64,000 nucleotides of DNA, taken from NCBI GenBank assembly GCA_965207885.1, contig OZ242311.1, forward strand, positions 3,168,001 to 3,232,000, read 5' to 3'. How positions within the stretch are numbered: the stretch's first letter is position 1; each line of letters begins with the position of its first letter. Under the pieces are notes generated by a model, which was not told the origin of the DNA, made no database searches, and saw nothing but the letters and a program-made list of their open reading frames with translations. Both the position numbers and the translations under genes were made by a program. The stretch is from Candidatus Latescibacterota bacterium (GTDB lineage Bacteria > Latescibacterota > UBA2968). Positions 1-9,229 of the stretch are shown one piece after another.

Positions 1-27
1 CCAAAGACACTTGCATATCTGAGATAC

Positions 28-813
28 TCATTTTTCCTGGCTATTCAAAGACCAATCGTAATCTAAAAACACAATTTGAAGATCGGGGTGATTTTGTAAA
101 TACAGGGTATCGTCTTTCGATAAAAACAAAGAGATATAATCCAACACAGTCTCACCTGCCTCACGCGCTTGCACATAGGACGTAAAATCAGAGGAAAACC
201 AATCAAAAATCGCAGATAGACTCACAACCCGCGTCTCTCGATTGATCTGAACGTGCATTGGGCTGCGAATCATATCTCGCATAACCGAATTGAGCTGATC
301 ATCCAATTTATCGGGTATAAATGCTTCGTTTAGCAAACGCGGGCAACCCAATGCCGCACAATTGATTGCTGCGTGAATGCGCGGATCGGCAAACTGCGGG
401 CGAATAATCTCGTGCTCGATTTGGTCCAATGTGAACCGACGCCCGCCAACGACAAATTGATATTTCTTAAAAAAGCCAAAAGCAGGCGCGATTTCTGTGA
501 CAGAAGAAATGGGATAGGCTTTTGCGACTCCCGCAAGTACACAGGCGTTGTACGCATTGATCCAAAAAGCAAGACTGTCTGCGCGGCTGGGAAAAAGCGC
601 GGGATGCTTATTCGGACTAATCTGCGCGATTTGATCCACAAAAGCCTGCAAGTCCGCGTCTGTTTTTACAGCCTCGTAATCCACGCGCCCCTGTGCATTT
701 ACAACGCGACCGAGCGTGCGGTTGAGCGGCGCATAATTAAATGTCTCGGATCCACTTTGAGACGCGAATCCAGCGAACAGGAGGCCGATTATCCAGGCAA
801 TGACTTTATTCAT
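28..813 (-). CDS. DUF547 domain exported protein
   Basis: N-terminal signal peptide; DUF547-typical motifs LAFWINAYNA, TLDQIEH, DPRIHAAINCAALGCP, YDWSLN. Confidence 0.88.
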   Translation of the reverse strand: MNKVIAWIIGLLFAGFASQSGSETFNYAPLNRTLGRVVNAQGRVDYEAVKTDADLQAFVDQIAQISPNKHPALFPSRADSLAFWINAYNACVLAGVAKAYPISSVTEIAPAFGFFKKYQFVVGGRRFTLDQIEHEIIRPQFADPRIHAAINCAALGCPRLLNEAFIPDKLDDQLNSVMRDMIRSPMHVQINRETRVVSLSAIFDWFSSDFTSYVQAREAGETVLDYISLFLSKDDTLYLQNHPDLQIVFLDYDWSLNSQEK

Positions 814-2162
814 TGATCAAAAAACGTCAGATACGGCGCGTTATCCATCTCCCGCTGGAGCAAAACCGCCAATTCCATCGCGTGATAATCTCCCCACATC
901 GAAGACTCTCCGCATGCGACTTTTTGCCCACCGGGCACATAGTCCCACCCATTGGGATTGTGATAAATAGAATGGAGAATAAGACCCTGGTGTTCTTCGT
1001 CTTCGGACAAATAGGGTGCATCAAATAGCGTATGGGCCACGGTTAGTGCCGCCTGCCGATAACGCGCATCGTCCATATATTTGCCCAAACGGTAAAGCCC
1101 CTGCGCTGCAATGGCAGCAGCAGAACTATCCACAGGTTCGCTTGTATTGTAGGGATCCGATATTTTATCGCCATAACCCTCAATCAAGTCCGGCGCGCCC
1201 GCATCCCATAACGGAATACCATCGGTAGATGTGATACTGTCGATATAATAATCTGCTGTTGCACAGGCGGCTTTGAGCATCCAGCCATTGACCGCATCCC
1301 TACCACCATAAAGATCGAGCGCGTCATCTGACAGGTGCTCCACATATTCAAGCAATTCGGCATAGCCAGTCACAATCCAGGCCAATCCCCGGGTCCACGT
1401 CGAAAACGGTGAATAACCCTGCTGTGTACTCGGGCAGCGGTAATTGCCGTCGTTGACATTAAAAATGGACTCGTGTACAACCCGTCCCCGCACATCGTAT
1501 CGATCGCGCCCTTCGCCGTAATACACATTGAACTGCGCGGTCGTCTCGGCGTGGTGGATCAAGCGCTCGAGCAGCGAAATTGCGAGGTCATTCTCCCCCA
1601 TCAAAACGTGATCGAGATCGTGTGCCACAGCCAATGCGCGACACGACCTGATCGTGTCTGAAAACAGGGAGTGTGGTCCATTAAATGAATGAATATACCC
1701 TTTCCCATCGCCAATGGTCGTCCAGCGAGCAGCCTGAACAGCGCCAGATGCTTTGAGCGCGAGTTCATAAAAGTGCTGCTCCCATTCATTTTTCGGAATT
1801 ATACCTTCTCGCATTAATCGCCGCAAATTGCCATAGGTCGATACATTGTTAAAACCGTGATCGTGTACTCCTATATGCGTCACATGAGACGCCATGCGAT
1901 CGAGCGTGCCCTTGCGCCCAATCTGTAGCAGGTCTTTCTCCCCCGTAATTTCATATCCCAGAATGGCGCATCCAAATTGAAATCCCTGCGTCCATTCGGT
2001 CCATCCGCGCGTGGTGTATTTCCCACCTGCTGTAAATACCGGCGTCCCCTGGCCTGGATCCCACGTCGAATCGATACTGCGAATTTTCTGTGCAGCCAGT
2101 TCAAAAAAACGATTCAGCCTGACTTTTAGATCGCCAGGCTGAATATTGACATTCACCTTCAT
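810..2162 (-). CDS. Glycoside hydrolase family 88-like (unsaturated glucuronyl hydrolase-like) protein
   Basis: WTEWTQGF, HDHGFNNVSTYG, STWTRGLAW, VDSSAAAIAA and WGDYH motifs of the GH88 fold; overlaps the downstream gene by 4 nt. Confidence 0.8.
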   Translation of the reverse strand: MKVNVNIQPGDLKVRLNRFFELAAQKIRSIDSTWDPGQGTPVFTAGGKYTTRGWTEWTQGFQFGCAILGYEITGEKDLLQIGRKGTLDRMASHVTHIGVHDHGFNNVSTYGNLRRLMREGIIPKNEWEQHFYELALKASGAVQAARWTTIGDGKGYIHSFNGPHSLFSDTIRSCRALAVAHDLDHVLMGENDLAISLLERLIHHAETTAQFNVYYGEGRDRYDVRGRVVHESIFNVNDGNYRCPSTQQGYSPFSTWTRGLAWIVTGYAELLEYVEHLSDDALDLYGGRDAVNGWMLKAACATADYYIDSITSTDGIPLWDAGAPDLIEGYGDKISDPYNTSEPVDSSAAAIAAQGLYRLGKYMDDARYRQAALTVAHTLFDAPYLSEDEEHQGLILHSIYHNPNGWDYVPGGQKVACGESSMWGDYHAMELAVLLQREMDNAPYLTFFDQ

Positions 2163-2193
2163 CCCACCTCCAAATTGCTTGTTTTGCTGAACT

Positions 2194-2496
2194 TTACCCT
2201 CTATTTACCGCTCCGGCAAAGTCGAGATCTGCGCGGGTAACAGCATTTTCGCTGTGGGTCGTCACCGTCACTGTGAGGGTTTTTGTTCGGCTGTTGAGGC
2301 CGATATCCGAATGGTGATTATTTTCATCCATAATCTCTGTCAGCCTGCGTACAAAAGCCATAGTCGGCACAAATTTCTCAAAATGCCAAACGCGTTGCAA
2401 TTCTTTTGTGTCTTCCAAATATTCCCACCCTTCGAGATCTGCAACCTCTGCGCGAATCTCATCTTCGGTCAGTAGGGTTTTGTCTTCAATAGCCAT
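2194..2496 (-). CDS. Pterin-4-alpha-carbinolamine dehydratase family protein
   Basis: 100 aa with L.GW, F..F...F, ENNHHSDI and TTHS...VT..DL motifs; AAGGAG Shine-Dalgarno upstream. Confidence 0.88.
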   Translation of the reverse strand: MAIEDKTLLTEDEIRAEVADLEGWEYLEDTKELQRVWHFEKFVPTMAFVRRLTEIMDENNHHSDIGLNSRTKTLTVTVTTHSENAVTRADLDFAGAVNRG

Positions 2497-2535
2497 TGTG
2501 ATAACTCCTTGGTGATGAGTAAATGGATACGCGGC

Positions 2536-2563
2536 AATATAAGCGAAAAAAGAATGTCGTCAA
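2536..2563 (-). promoter_or_regulatory. Putative sigma70 promoter for the PCD-GH88-DUF547 unit
   Basis: TTGACG-16 nt-TATATT on the minus strand, about 40 nt upstream of the start at 2496. Confidence 0.5.
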
Positions 2564-2587
2564 CAGCGGTCAGATATCCGCCTAACC

Positions 2588-3193
2588 TCACTGCCGCAAA
2601 CCAGCCAATTCAAGAGCACTTTGATAACATTGAGGCGTATTGATATTCATCAGAAATCGAAGATCGGGATCAATCCGTGCGAGTGCGTCTTGTTCAACGG
2701 TCTGAACGCGGCATACATCGACCAATGTCAAAAGCCGTCGTTCCCCTTTTTCGAGTAGCAATTCGGCCTTTCGCCAGAGAGCAGTTCGATAAAGCGCGCA
2801 CAAAGGATAAAACTGCCCATTTATACAGGGAATGACGATCTCTGAATCTGTTGTCCTGTGCGATTTGAGGCATTGGATCAATTCATTACTGATAAATGGC
2901 ATGTCGCAACCTGTTCCCAATGCCCATTCAGAGACGCCTTCAACATGTTTTAATCCTGTCATGAGTCCCATTAATGGACCTTGATTGGCAACGGGATCAC
3001 ATATAGATAAAACATCGGGTATGTCTGGCAAGTTTTGTCCGGGCGCACCCACGACCGCAATTGGATAAACAGATCCTCTCAGATTTCTTACACTTCGCTG
3101 AAGCAGAGTTTCATCGCCAAAAGACAAGCTATACTTGGGGGTGCCCATTCGCCTGCTTTCACCGCCTGTAAGGATGATTCCAGAGTCATTCAT
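2588..3193 (-). CDS. mobA: Molybdenum cofactor guanylyltransferase
   Basis: IILTGGESRRMG, GPLMGL, CDMPF, PLCALY and NINTP motifs. Start moved from 3322 to the ATG at 3193 (MNDSGIIL), where family similarity begins. Confidence 0.88.
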   Translation of the reverse strand: MNDSGIILTGGESRRMGTPKYSLSFGDETLLQRSVRNLRGSVYPIAVVGAPGQNLPDIPDVLSICDPVANQGPLMGLMTGLKHVEGVSEWALGTGCDMPFISNELIQCLKSHRTTDSEIVIPCINGQFYPLCALYRTALWRKAELLLEKGERRLLTLVDVCRVQTVEQDALARIDPDLRFLMNINTPQCYQSALELAGLRQ

Positions 3194-3227
3194 AGCAAAA
3201 AAGGCCGCTTTCACACGCCTTTCTTTT

Positions 3228-3389
3228 TTACTCAATACCGAGACTTTCGGCTTCTTCAGATGTGTAATATCTGATGCCTTTGGCTTCCAATTTCTTACGC
3301 GCCTTTTTGCCCCGCTTGCCACCCTGCCTCACCCGCGTAAGTAGGCGTCTGGTTTCCTCAAGGTCTTTATTTACATAACTGGACTTCAA
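3228..3389 (-). CDS. Small basic hypothetical protein (53 aa)
   Basis: GAAGGAGG Shine-Dalgarno just upstream of a TTG start; MKSSYVNKDLEETRRLLTRVRQGGKRGKKARKKLEAKGIRYYTSEEAESLGIE; followed by an imperfect hairpin and U-run. Confidence 0.6.
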   Translation of the reverse strand: MKSSYVNKDLEETRRLLTRVRQGGKRGKKARKKLEAKGIRYYTSEEAESLGIE

Positions 3390-3640
3390 AACGCAACCTC
3401 CTTCAATTAAATCTGGCGGGTCTTTCATCTCACACATGAAAGGGAAAAATATATATAAATAAGCCCTTAATTGCAAATTGACATATGCACACATTTACAT
3501 CTGCCGTTAAAATATGTGTTGACGCATGATATATATCAAGTTATTTTATACTCGGACCGCCTTGAAATGTAAAACCTCGTTTCTCCCTCATGTTCCCGCA
3601 CACCACACTTCTCCTCCATTTTCTCAAAGGAGTTTTTTTT

Positions 3641-6370
3641 ATGAAATCTAAGACTCATTTTAAGGGTCTCGCCCTTGGCATTGCTGCCCTGCTTGCAATG
3701 AGTGGCACTGCCATATCACAGGAAGAGGAAAAGCCGCGTACCGAAAGCGCGGACACAACAGCTACCTTACCCCCACTCACTGACATACTCGAAGAAGTGG
3801 TGATCCTCGAAGAATTGGTGGTTATCGGTTCACGCGCACAACCGCGTTCTGTAGCGGAATCCGCAGTGCCCATCGATGTTGTTACCGGTGAAGATTTCGT
3901 CAAGCAAGGCGATACGGATGTACAAAATCTCCTGAGAGATATGGTGCCATCCTACAACGTGAATACAAACCCGATTAGCGATGCCTCCACCGTCGTGCGG
4001 CCGCCCAGCATGCGAGGCCTGGCTCCCGACCACACGCTGGTCCTCATCAATGGCAAACGCCGCCATCGCGCCGCTGTCATTCACTGGATAACCAATGGTG
4101 TTGCCGACGGCGCCCAGGGGCCAGACATAGCCCCCATCCCCTCTATTGCCATCAAGCGCGTGGAAGTCCTGCGCGATGGCGCGTCTGCGCAGTACGGCTC
4201 TGACGCCATTGCCGGCGTGTTGAATTTTGAGCTTAAAGACAATTACAAAGGCGGTTCTTTTGAGGTCAAGCCAGGTATTTTTCAGCAAGGCGATGGTTTC
4301 GCCTATGCTTTTGCCGGCAATATCGGTCTGGGTACCCCAGATGCCTGGGTCAACTTCAGCGCGGAATATGGCAACGAGGATGAAACCGACCGTTCCGTAC
4401 AACGCGACGATGCCGCGCGTTTGATACGCGTGGGCAATAACCGTGTGGAAAATCCCGCACAAATTTGGGGACAACCCTACATCAGAGACGACCTGAAATT
4501 CTTTGTCAACTACGGCATAAACATCAACGACAATGTCAAATTATACGGCCATGGGAATTACGCCAGCAAAGAAGTCGAAGGCGGCTTCTACTTCCGAAAT
4601 CCCAATACGCGAGGTGGCGTATTCAGGGGGCCTGTAGTGATGTCCGACGGCACCACTTATTATGATCCGGGCAAAGCTGCTGAACTCGGTATTGTCGATG
4701 GCGTAAACGGGCATCTGGTAGCAACATTGCTCACCGGCAATCTGAGACAGGTTCTCGAACCGTCCGAAGATACTGGTCTTAGAATTCCCCAGGAGTTCAT
4801 CGTGGCCATTAGCTGCAGTGAGCCGGATGCCGCAGCCTTACAACGCGTTTTTGACGACCCCGATTGGTTCACCTTCCAGGAATTTTTCCCCGGTGGCTTC
4901 ACACCCCGATTTGGCGCGTTTATGGACGACCGCGCCTTTCTGGCGGGTATTAGGGGATCGCAAGGGCTGATGACATGGGATCTCAGCGCGTCTTATGGGC
5001 GCAACGAAGCCGATTACTTCATCTTCAACACCGTGAATTCCTCCTTGGGTCCCAACCAACCCTGGCCCAATGGACCACAAGTTGATCCAAGTCACGAAGA
5101 TGCACCGTACTTTGATCCGGGAACCTATATCCAGACCGATACCAACTTCAACTTCGATATCACCTATCCGTTTAGCGAGCAATTTTTCTTTGCCGCCGGT
5201 CTTGAATACCGCACGGAAAATTTTGAAATCGTACAGGGGCAACGAGAATCCTGGGTTAAAGGTCCGCTGGCAGAATACGGATTTACGGTTGCGTCCAACG
5301 GGTTCTCGGGCTTTGGCGAAATTGCCGCAGGCACCTGGAGCCGCTCCAACTGGGCGGTTTATGGTGACGCCGAATTTACCCCGCAGGAAGACTGGTTGCT
5401 CGGCGCGGCATTGCGCTTTGAAAATTTTGATGATTTTGGATCCACGACCAACTTCAAGCTGGCGACCAATTACGGGCTTAACGAGAATACAAAAGTGCGC
5501 GGCAGTTTTAGCACGGGCTTTAGAGCACCCACGCCGGGGCAACAAAATGCCTTTAACGTATCCACGATCTTCGATCCCACAATCGGTGATTTGACAAATG
5601 ACGGCACAATTCCGTCAAACAATCCCGTTGCAGAATCCAAGGGTGGTGGACCGCTCGATTCCGAAAAATCGACCAATATCTCGGCTGGTATTGTTTTTGA
5701 AATTCCCGTTTTTCCCGTGGATACCGGTATTCCCCCTGTCAATATTACGGTGGACTATTTCCACATTTTGGTGAAGGGACGCTTGACGCTCTCACAAAAT
5801 TTCTCCCTGACCCCAGCAGAAGTCGATGAACTGCTCAAGGCGGGTATCACGGCTGCGAATTTTATTACAAATTTCAAATTTTTCGTCAATGACTTTGACA
5901 CCAAAACCCAGGGTATTGACGTCGTGCTCACGGCTCCGGTGTGGTGTGATGGCCTGCTGAGTCTGGCGTATAACTTGACGAATACCGAAGTGACCAAACA
6001 CAATCTGGAGACCCTCGGCGCTCAAAGGATTCGAGAATTGCAAGAGGGTCTTCCCAAACACCGCGGGAATCTGACGGTAGTCAAACCGTTGAACGATATG
6101 CTTGAGGTACTGGGACGCCTCCGGTATTACAGTTCGTGGTACGATCAAGAAGATGACTTCGTTTATGGTGACGAATGGGTACTGGACGCCGAAGTTAGTT
6201 ATACCATTGCTGACCACTCAACAGTAACCGTTGGCGGTCAGAACATTCTCGATATCTATCCCGATATCAATCCCAGTGCAACGAGCGGTTCGGGGCATTT
6301 ATACAGCCAGTACAGCCCATTTGGTTTTAGCGGCGCATTCTGGTACGCCAAATACCACTTCGGCTTTTAG
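3641..6370 (+). CDS. TonB-dependent receptor
   Basis: Signal peptide, EELVVIGSR TonB-box region, plug motifs (RGLAPDHTLVLINGKRRH, VEVLRDGASAQYGSDAIAGVLNF), STGFRAP, C-terminal aromatic strand ending in F; AAAGGAG SD before the ATG at 3641. Confidence 0.95.
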   Translation: MKSKTHFKGLALGIAALLAMSGTAISQEEEKPRTESADTTATLPPLTDILEEVVILEELVVIGSRAQPRSVAESAVPIDVVTGEDFVKQGDTDVQNLLRDMVPSYNVNTNPISDASTVVRPPSMRGLAPDHTLVLINGKRRHRAAVIHWITNGVADGAQGPDIAPIPSIAIKRVEVLRDGASAQYGSDAIAGVLNFELKDNYKGGSFEVKPGIFQQGDGFAYAFAGNIGLGTPDAWVNFSAEYGNEDETDRSVQRDDAARLIRVGNNRVENPAQIWGQPYIRDDLKFFVNYGININDNVKLYGHGNYASKEVEGGFYFRNPNTRGGVFRGPVVMSDGTTYYDPGKAAELGIVDGVNGHLVATLLTGNLRQVLEPSEDTGLRIPQEFIVAISCSEPDAAALQRVFDDPDWFTFQEFFPGGFTPRFGAFMDDRAFLAGIRGSQGLMTWDLSASYGRNEADYFIFNTVNSSLGPNQPWPNGPQVDPSHEDAPYFDPGTYIQTDTNFNFDITYPFSEQFFFAAGLEYRTENFEIVQGQRESWVKGPLAEYGFTVASNGFSGFGEIAAGTWSRSNWAVYGDAEFTPQEDWLLGAALRFENFDDFGSTTNFKLATNYGLNENTKVRGSFSTGFRAPTPGQQNAFNVSTIFDPTIGDLTNDGTIPSNNPVAESKGGGPLDSEKSTNISAGIVFEIPVFPVDTGIPPVNITVDYFHILVKGRLTLSQNFSLTPAEVDELLKAGITAANFITNFKFFVNDFDTKTQGIDVVLTAPVWCDGLLSLAYNLTNTEVTKHNLETLGAQRIRELQEGLPKHRGNLTVVKPLNDMLEVLGRLRYYSSWYDQEDDFVYGDEWVLDAEVSYTIADHSTVTVGGQNILDIYPDINPSATSGSGHLYSQYSPFGFSGAFWYAKYHFGF

Positions 6371-6402
6371 GTCGTAGTTCAAAGGATTGTTCATCCAATA
6401 GC

Positions 6403-6436
6403 AAAGAAGCCGCGTTTTTTTCGCGGCTTCTTTTTT
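6403..6436 (+). terminator. Rho-independent terminator
   Basis: AAAGAAGCCGCG-T7-CGCGGCTTCTTT followed by a T-run. Confidence 0.85.
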
Positions 6437-6731
6437 GTAATAATTATCAATGCGAATAATATTTAACGAGGTGTATATATCGTCTCAATATTATCTTTGA
6501 AGGCGATATATAGCCTAAAAATCTGTAAATTAAATAAAATATAGACGGCATGTCGGCCGAAAATTATCCCATATACTATTGATAAATGAGATATGAATCA
6601 GGTTAAATTTAGTTTGGCTTTTTTTTTGTGTTTTATATTTTCAATTAAACAAGAATTCGATTGGCTGCCACACGCGTCTTTCAACAACCGCATCTCTCCC
6701 CCGTGTTCTCATAACACAAAGGAGTTTTTTT

Positions 6732-7315
6732 ATGCAATATAAATTCCATTTCAAGTCTCTCGCCCTTGGCCTCGTTGCCCTGCTTGTGATGAGTGGTGCT
6801 GTCGTATCACAAGAAACACCGCGTACCGAAAGCGCGGATACAACTGCCTTACCCCCACTCACAGACATACTCGAAGAAGTGGTCGTGCTCGAAGAATTAG
6901 TGGTCATAGGCACCCGCGCACAACCGCGTTCTGTCACCGAATCCGCCGTGCCCATCGATGTGGTTACCGGCGAAGATTTCGTCAAGCAAGGCGGTAGCGA
7001 TGTACAGGACCTTCTGAGAAATGTCGTACCCTCTTATAACGTCAATCTCCAGCCGATCAGCGATGCGGCAACCGTCGTGCGACCGCCCAATCTGCGAGGG
7101 CTGGCACCCGACCACGCGCTGGTACTCGTCAACGGCAAGCGACGCCACCGCGCATCTGTAATTTACTGGCTGGGCAATGGTCTCTCCAATGCCGCACAGG
7201 GGCCAGACATATCCGCCATACCGAGTATTGCCCTCAAGCGCTCGGCGAGTACAGCCCTTACGGCTTTGGCGGCACATTCCTGTACGCAAAAGCCAGTTAC
7301 AATTTCAACTTTTAA
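6732..7315 (+). pseudogene. TonB-dependent receptor paralogue with a large internal deletion and frameshift
   Basis: The first ~170 codons closely match the upstream receptor. Similarity stops at IPSIALKR (~7241). Positions 7244-7315 in another frame encode GEYSPYGFGGTFLYAKASYNFNF*, homologous to the receptor C-terminus SQYSPFGFSGAFWYAKYHFGF*. Confidence 0.88.
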
Positions 7316-7334
7316 GTGTTGTGAGCCGTTAGAT

Positions 7335-7372
7335 AGAAGCCGAGTTTTTTGAAAAACTCGGCTTCTTTTTTT
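7335..7372 (+). terminator. Rho-independent terminator, related to that at 6403
   Basis: AGAAGCCGAGTTTTT-loop-AAAAACTCGGCTTCT followed by a T-run. Confidence 0.85.
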
Positions 7373-8330
7373 AAAACAAAGAACTTTGAAGATCAGCAGT
7401 CTGCCTTTCGCGACAGAGCTGGGCGATCTGAGCGCCTATAATAAAAATAATTGCCGAGAAGTATATCCACAAGGCCACGACCACCAGCAGAACATAAGCC
7501 CCGTACAGATACGATATAGAACCGAAGTGACTCAGGTAATAGCCAAAGCCCCATTCGGTGAATTTCCACAACAGAGCAGCCCAAAAAGCACCTGTAGCCA
7601 GCATCTTTATCTGGATCTTTTGGTATGGAAGCAGCCAGTATAACCCCAGAAAGACGGCAAAAATCAGGGCGAGGGAGGTAAGACCGTAGAAGTAGGTGAT
7701 ATATGTGTGCAGCAGAGATGGGGCAGTGTCGATGACGGTAGATAGGATGGGCAAAGCGAGGACTAATAGAAGAAAAATATATATTACCAGAAGTACCATA
7801 GTGAGATCTTTCAATTTGCCCACTGCTATTGGCAAAATCCCTTGCAAGAATTTTATCCAGCGTCCTGGGGTATTTATATTTTTTATCCGGTCCATCGCGA
7901 CCAACTCTGTCTCATCCCCATTCGGTCCTAAATTGTGTTCGATCTTGAAGACCGCATTGAGCAGGGTTCGCATGCTGCTGAACAGACTACTGGCACTCAC
8001 TATCAAAATCAGCAAACCCGAAATCCCATAAGCCTGTTTGAAGGTCATGACACCTGAGACGCGCAAGGATAAAACCTCCTTCAGATACTCGGCCTCTTCT
8101 GGATATGGAATGAGCACATCCACCGTTTGATTGACCAGGTGAGCTATCGCCCTCACGTCCAGAATGGCCTCAAGTGCGAAGAAGATCAGAAAGACCAGAG
8201 GTACAAGGCACAAAAGAGTGGCAAAAGCCAGGCCGCCACAGAGCAGAAAGAGATTGTTATCGCTCATCCTGACAAACAGACCGCCCAGATAGTAGGCACA
8301 AAAGCCTTTTTTTGTTATTTGTTTGCCCAT
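7371..8330 (-). CDS. YihY/virulence factor BrkB family membrane protein
   Basis: Multiple TM helices; LAFATLLCLVP, LYWLLP, GAFWAALLW, YGA...LWIYFSAIIFIIGA motifs. Confidence 0.88.
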   Translation of the reverse strand: MGKQITKKGFCAYYLGGLFVRMSDNNLFLLCGGLAFATLLCLVPLVFLIFFALEAILDVRAIAHLVNQTVDVLIPYPEEAEYLKEVLSLRVSGVMTFKQAYGISGLLILIVSASSLFSSMRTLLNAVFKIEHNLGPNGDETELVAMDRIKNINTPGRWIKFLQGILPIAVGKLKDLTMVLLVIYIFLLLVLALPILSTVIDTAPSLLHTYITYFYGLTSLALIFAVFLGLYWLLPYQKIQIKMLATGAFWAALLWKFTEWGFGYYLSHFGSISYLYGAYVLLVVVALWIYFSAIIFIIGAQIAQLCRERQTADLQSSLF

Positions 8331-8493
8331 AGATATCAGTGGTTAATGATATAGATGAACGTCTGCATTATATGATAAAGTTGTGCAAAATATATACCCT
8401 GTATTGCCCCTCTCCAACCCCAAACTCAGATATTGCGCTTGCTATTGCGCGTTAAGATATGAATATTGAAGAAATCAGAGTTGGGGTTCTACC

Positions 8494-9216
8494 ATGATCC
8501 AAGTCACAGACGTCACAAAATGGTACGGTTCAATCAGAGCCGTTGAAAACATCAGCTTTTCGCTCGCGCCTGGCGAAATTGTTGGGTTTGTCGGTCCCAA
8601 TGGTGCGGGCAAAAGCACGGTGCTAAAAATGCTGGCGACCTATATTTTGCCTTCCTCGGGACAAATCACAATTGATGGCCTCGACGTGGTTTCACATTCC
8701 TTGTCCATACGCCGCAAAATCGGCTATCTCTCTGGCGACACACCGCTCTATCAGGCAATGCGCATGGATAAATTTTTGAGATTTTGCGGCAAAGCGCGCG
8801 GCCTCTCAGGCGATGTTCTCGAAAAAAACTTCGCCTGGATTGTCGATATATGCGGTCTCTCTCCTCATCTATACAAACGCATCGACCAGTGTTCCACGGG
8901 ATTTCGCCAGCGCATCGGTGTAGGGGCTGCTCTCATCCATGATCCGCCTATTCTCCTGCTCGATGAGCCTACGCACGGTTTTGATCCTCTGCAAGTTCTG
9001 GCATTCCGGGACTTGATCCAATCCCTCAGCAAAAATCGGATTATCTTATTCAGCAGCCATATTATACATGAAGTCTCTATCCTATCTGATCGCGTGCTAA
9101 TAATACATCAGGGCAATTTGTTGGCTGATGGCCGCATAGATGATCTGGCGCAACAAACGGCGCAGCCCAGGGATCTTGAAGCCATTTTTACCCATCTTAT
9201 ACATCAGCAAAATTAA
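8494..9216 (+). CDS. ABC-2 type ATP-binding protein, GldA-like
   Basis: Walker A GPNGAGKST, signature CSTGFRQR, Walker B LLLDEPT, H-loop SSH. Confidence 0.92.
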   Translation: MIQVTDVTKWYGSIRAVENISFSLAPGEIVGFVGPNGAGKSTVLKMLATYILPSSGQITIDGLDVVSHSLSIRRKIGYLSGDTPLYQAMRMDKFLRFCGKARGLSGDVLEKNFAWIVDICGLSPHLYKRIDQCSTGFRQRIGVGAALIHDPPILLLDEPTHGFDPLQVLAFRDLIQSLSKNRIILFSSHIIHEVSILSDRVLIIHQGNLLADGRIDDLAQQTAQPRDLEAIFTHLIHQQN

Positions 9217-9229
9217 GGAGAAATCGCGC

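Noticed and set aside
3194-3322. N-terminal extension of mobA in the ORF track
   Set aside because: It overlaps the small basic ORF and a terminator-like hairpin; MobA similarity starts at 3193.
6470-6515. Possible ModE box (TATATA half-sites near mobA and the TonB genes)
   Set aside because: The half-sites are in the reverse order and at the wrong spacing compared with CGnTATATA-N6-TATATAnCG.
7242-7352. C-terminal tail SASTALT...RVF of the 206-aa ORF as a real domain
   Set aside because: It is out-of-frame read-through over the receptor's true C-terminus and terminator.
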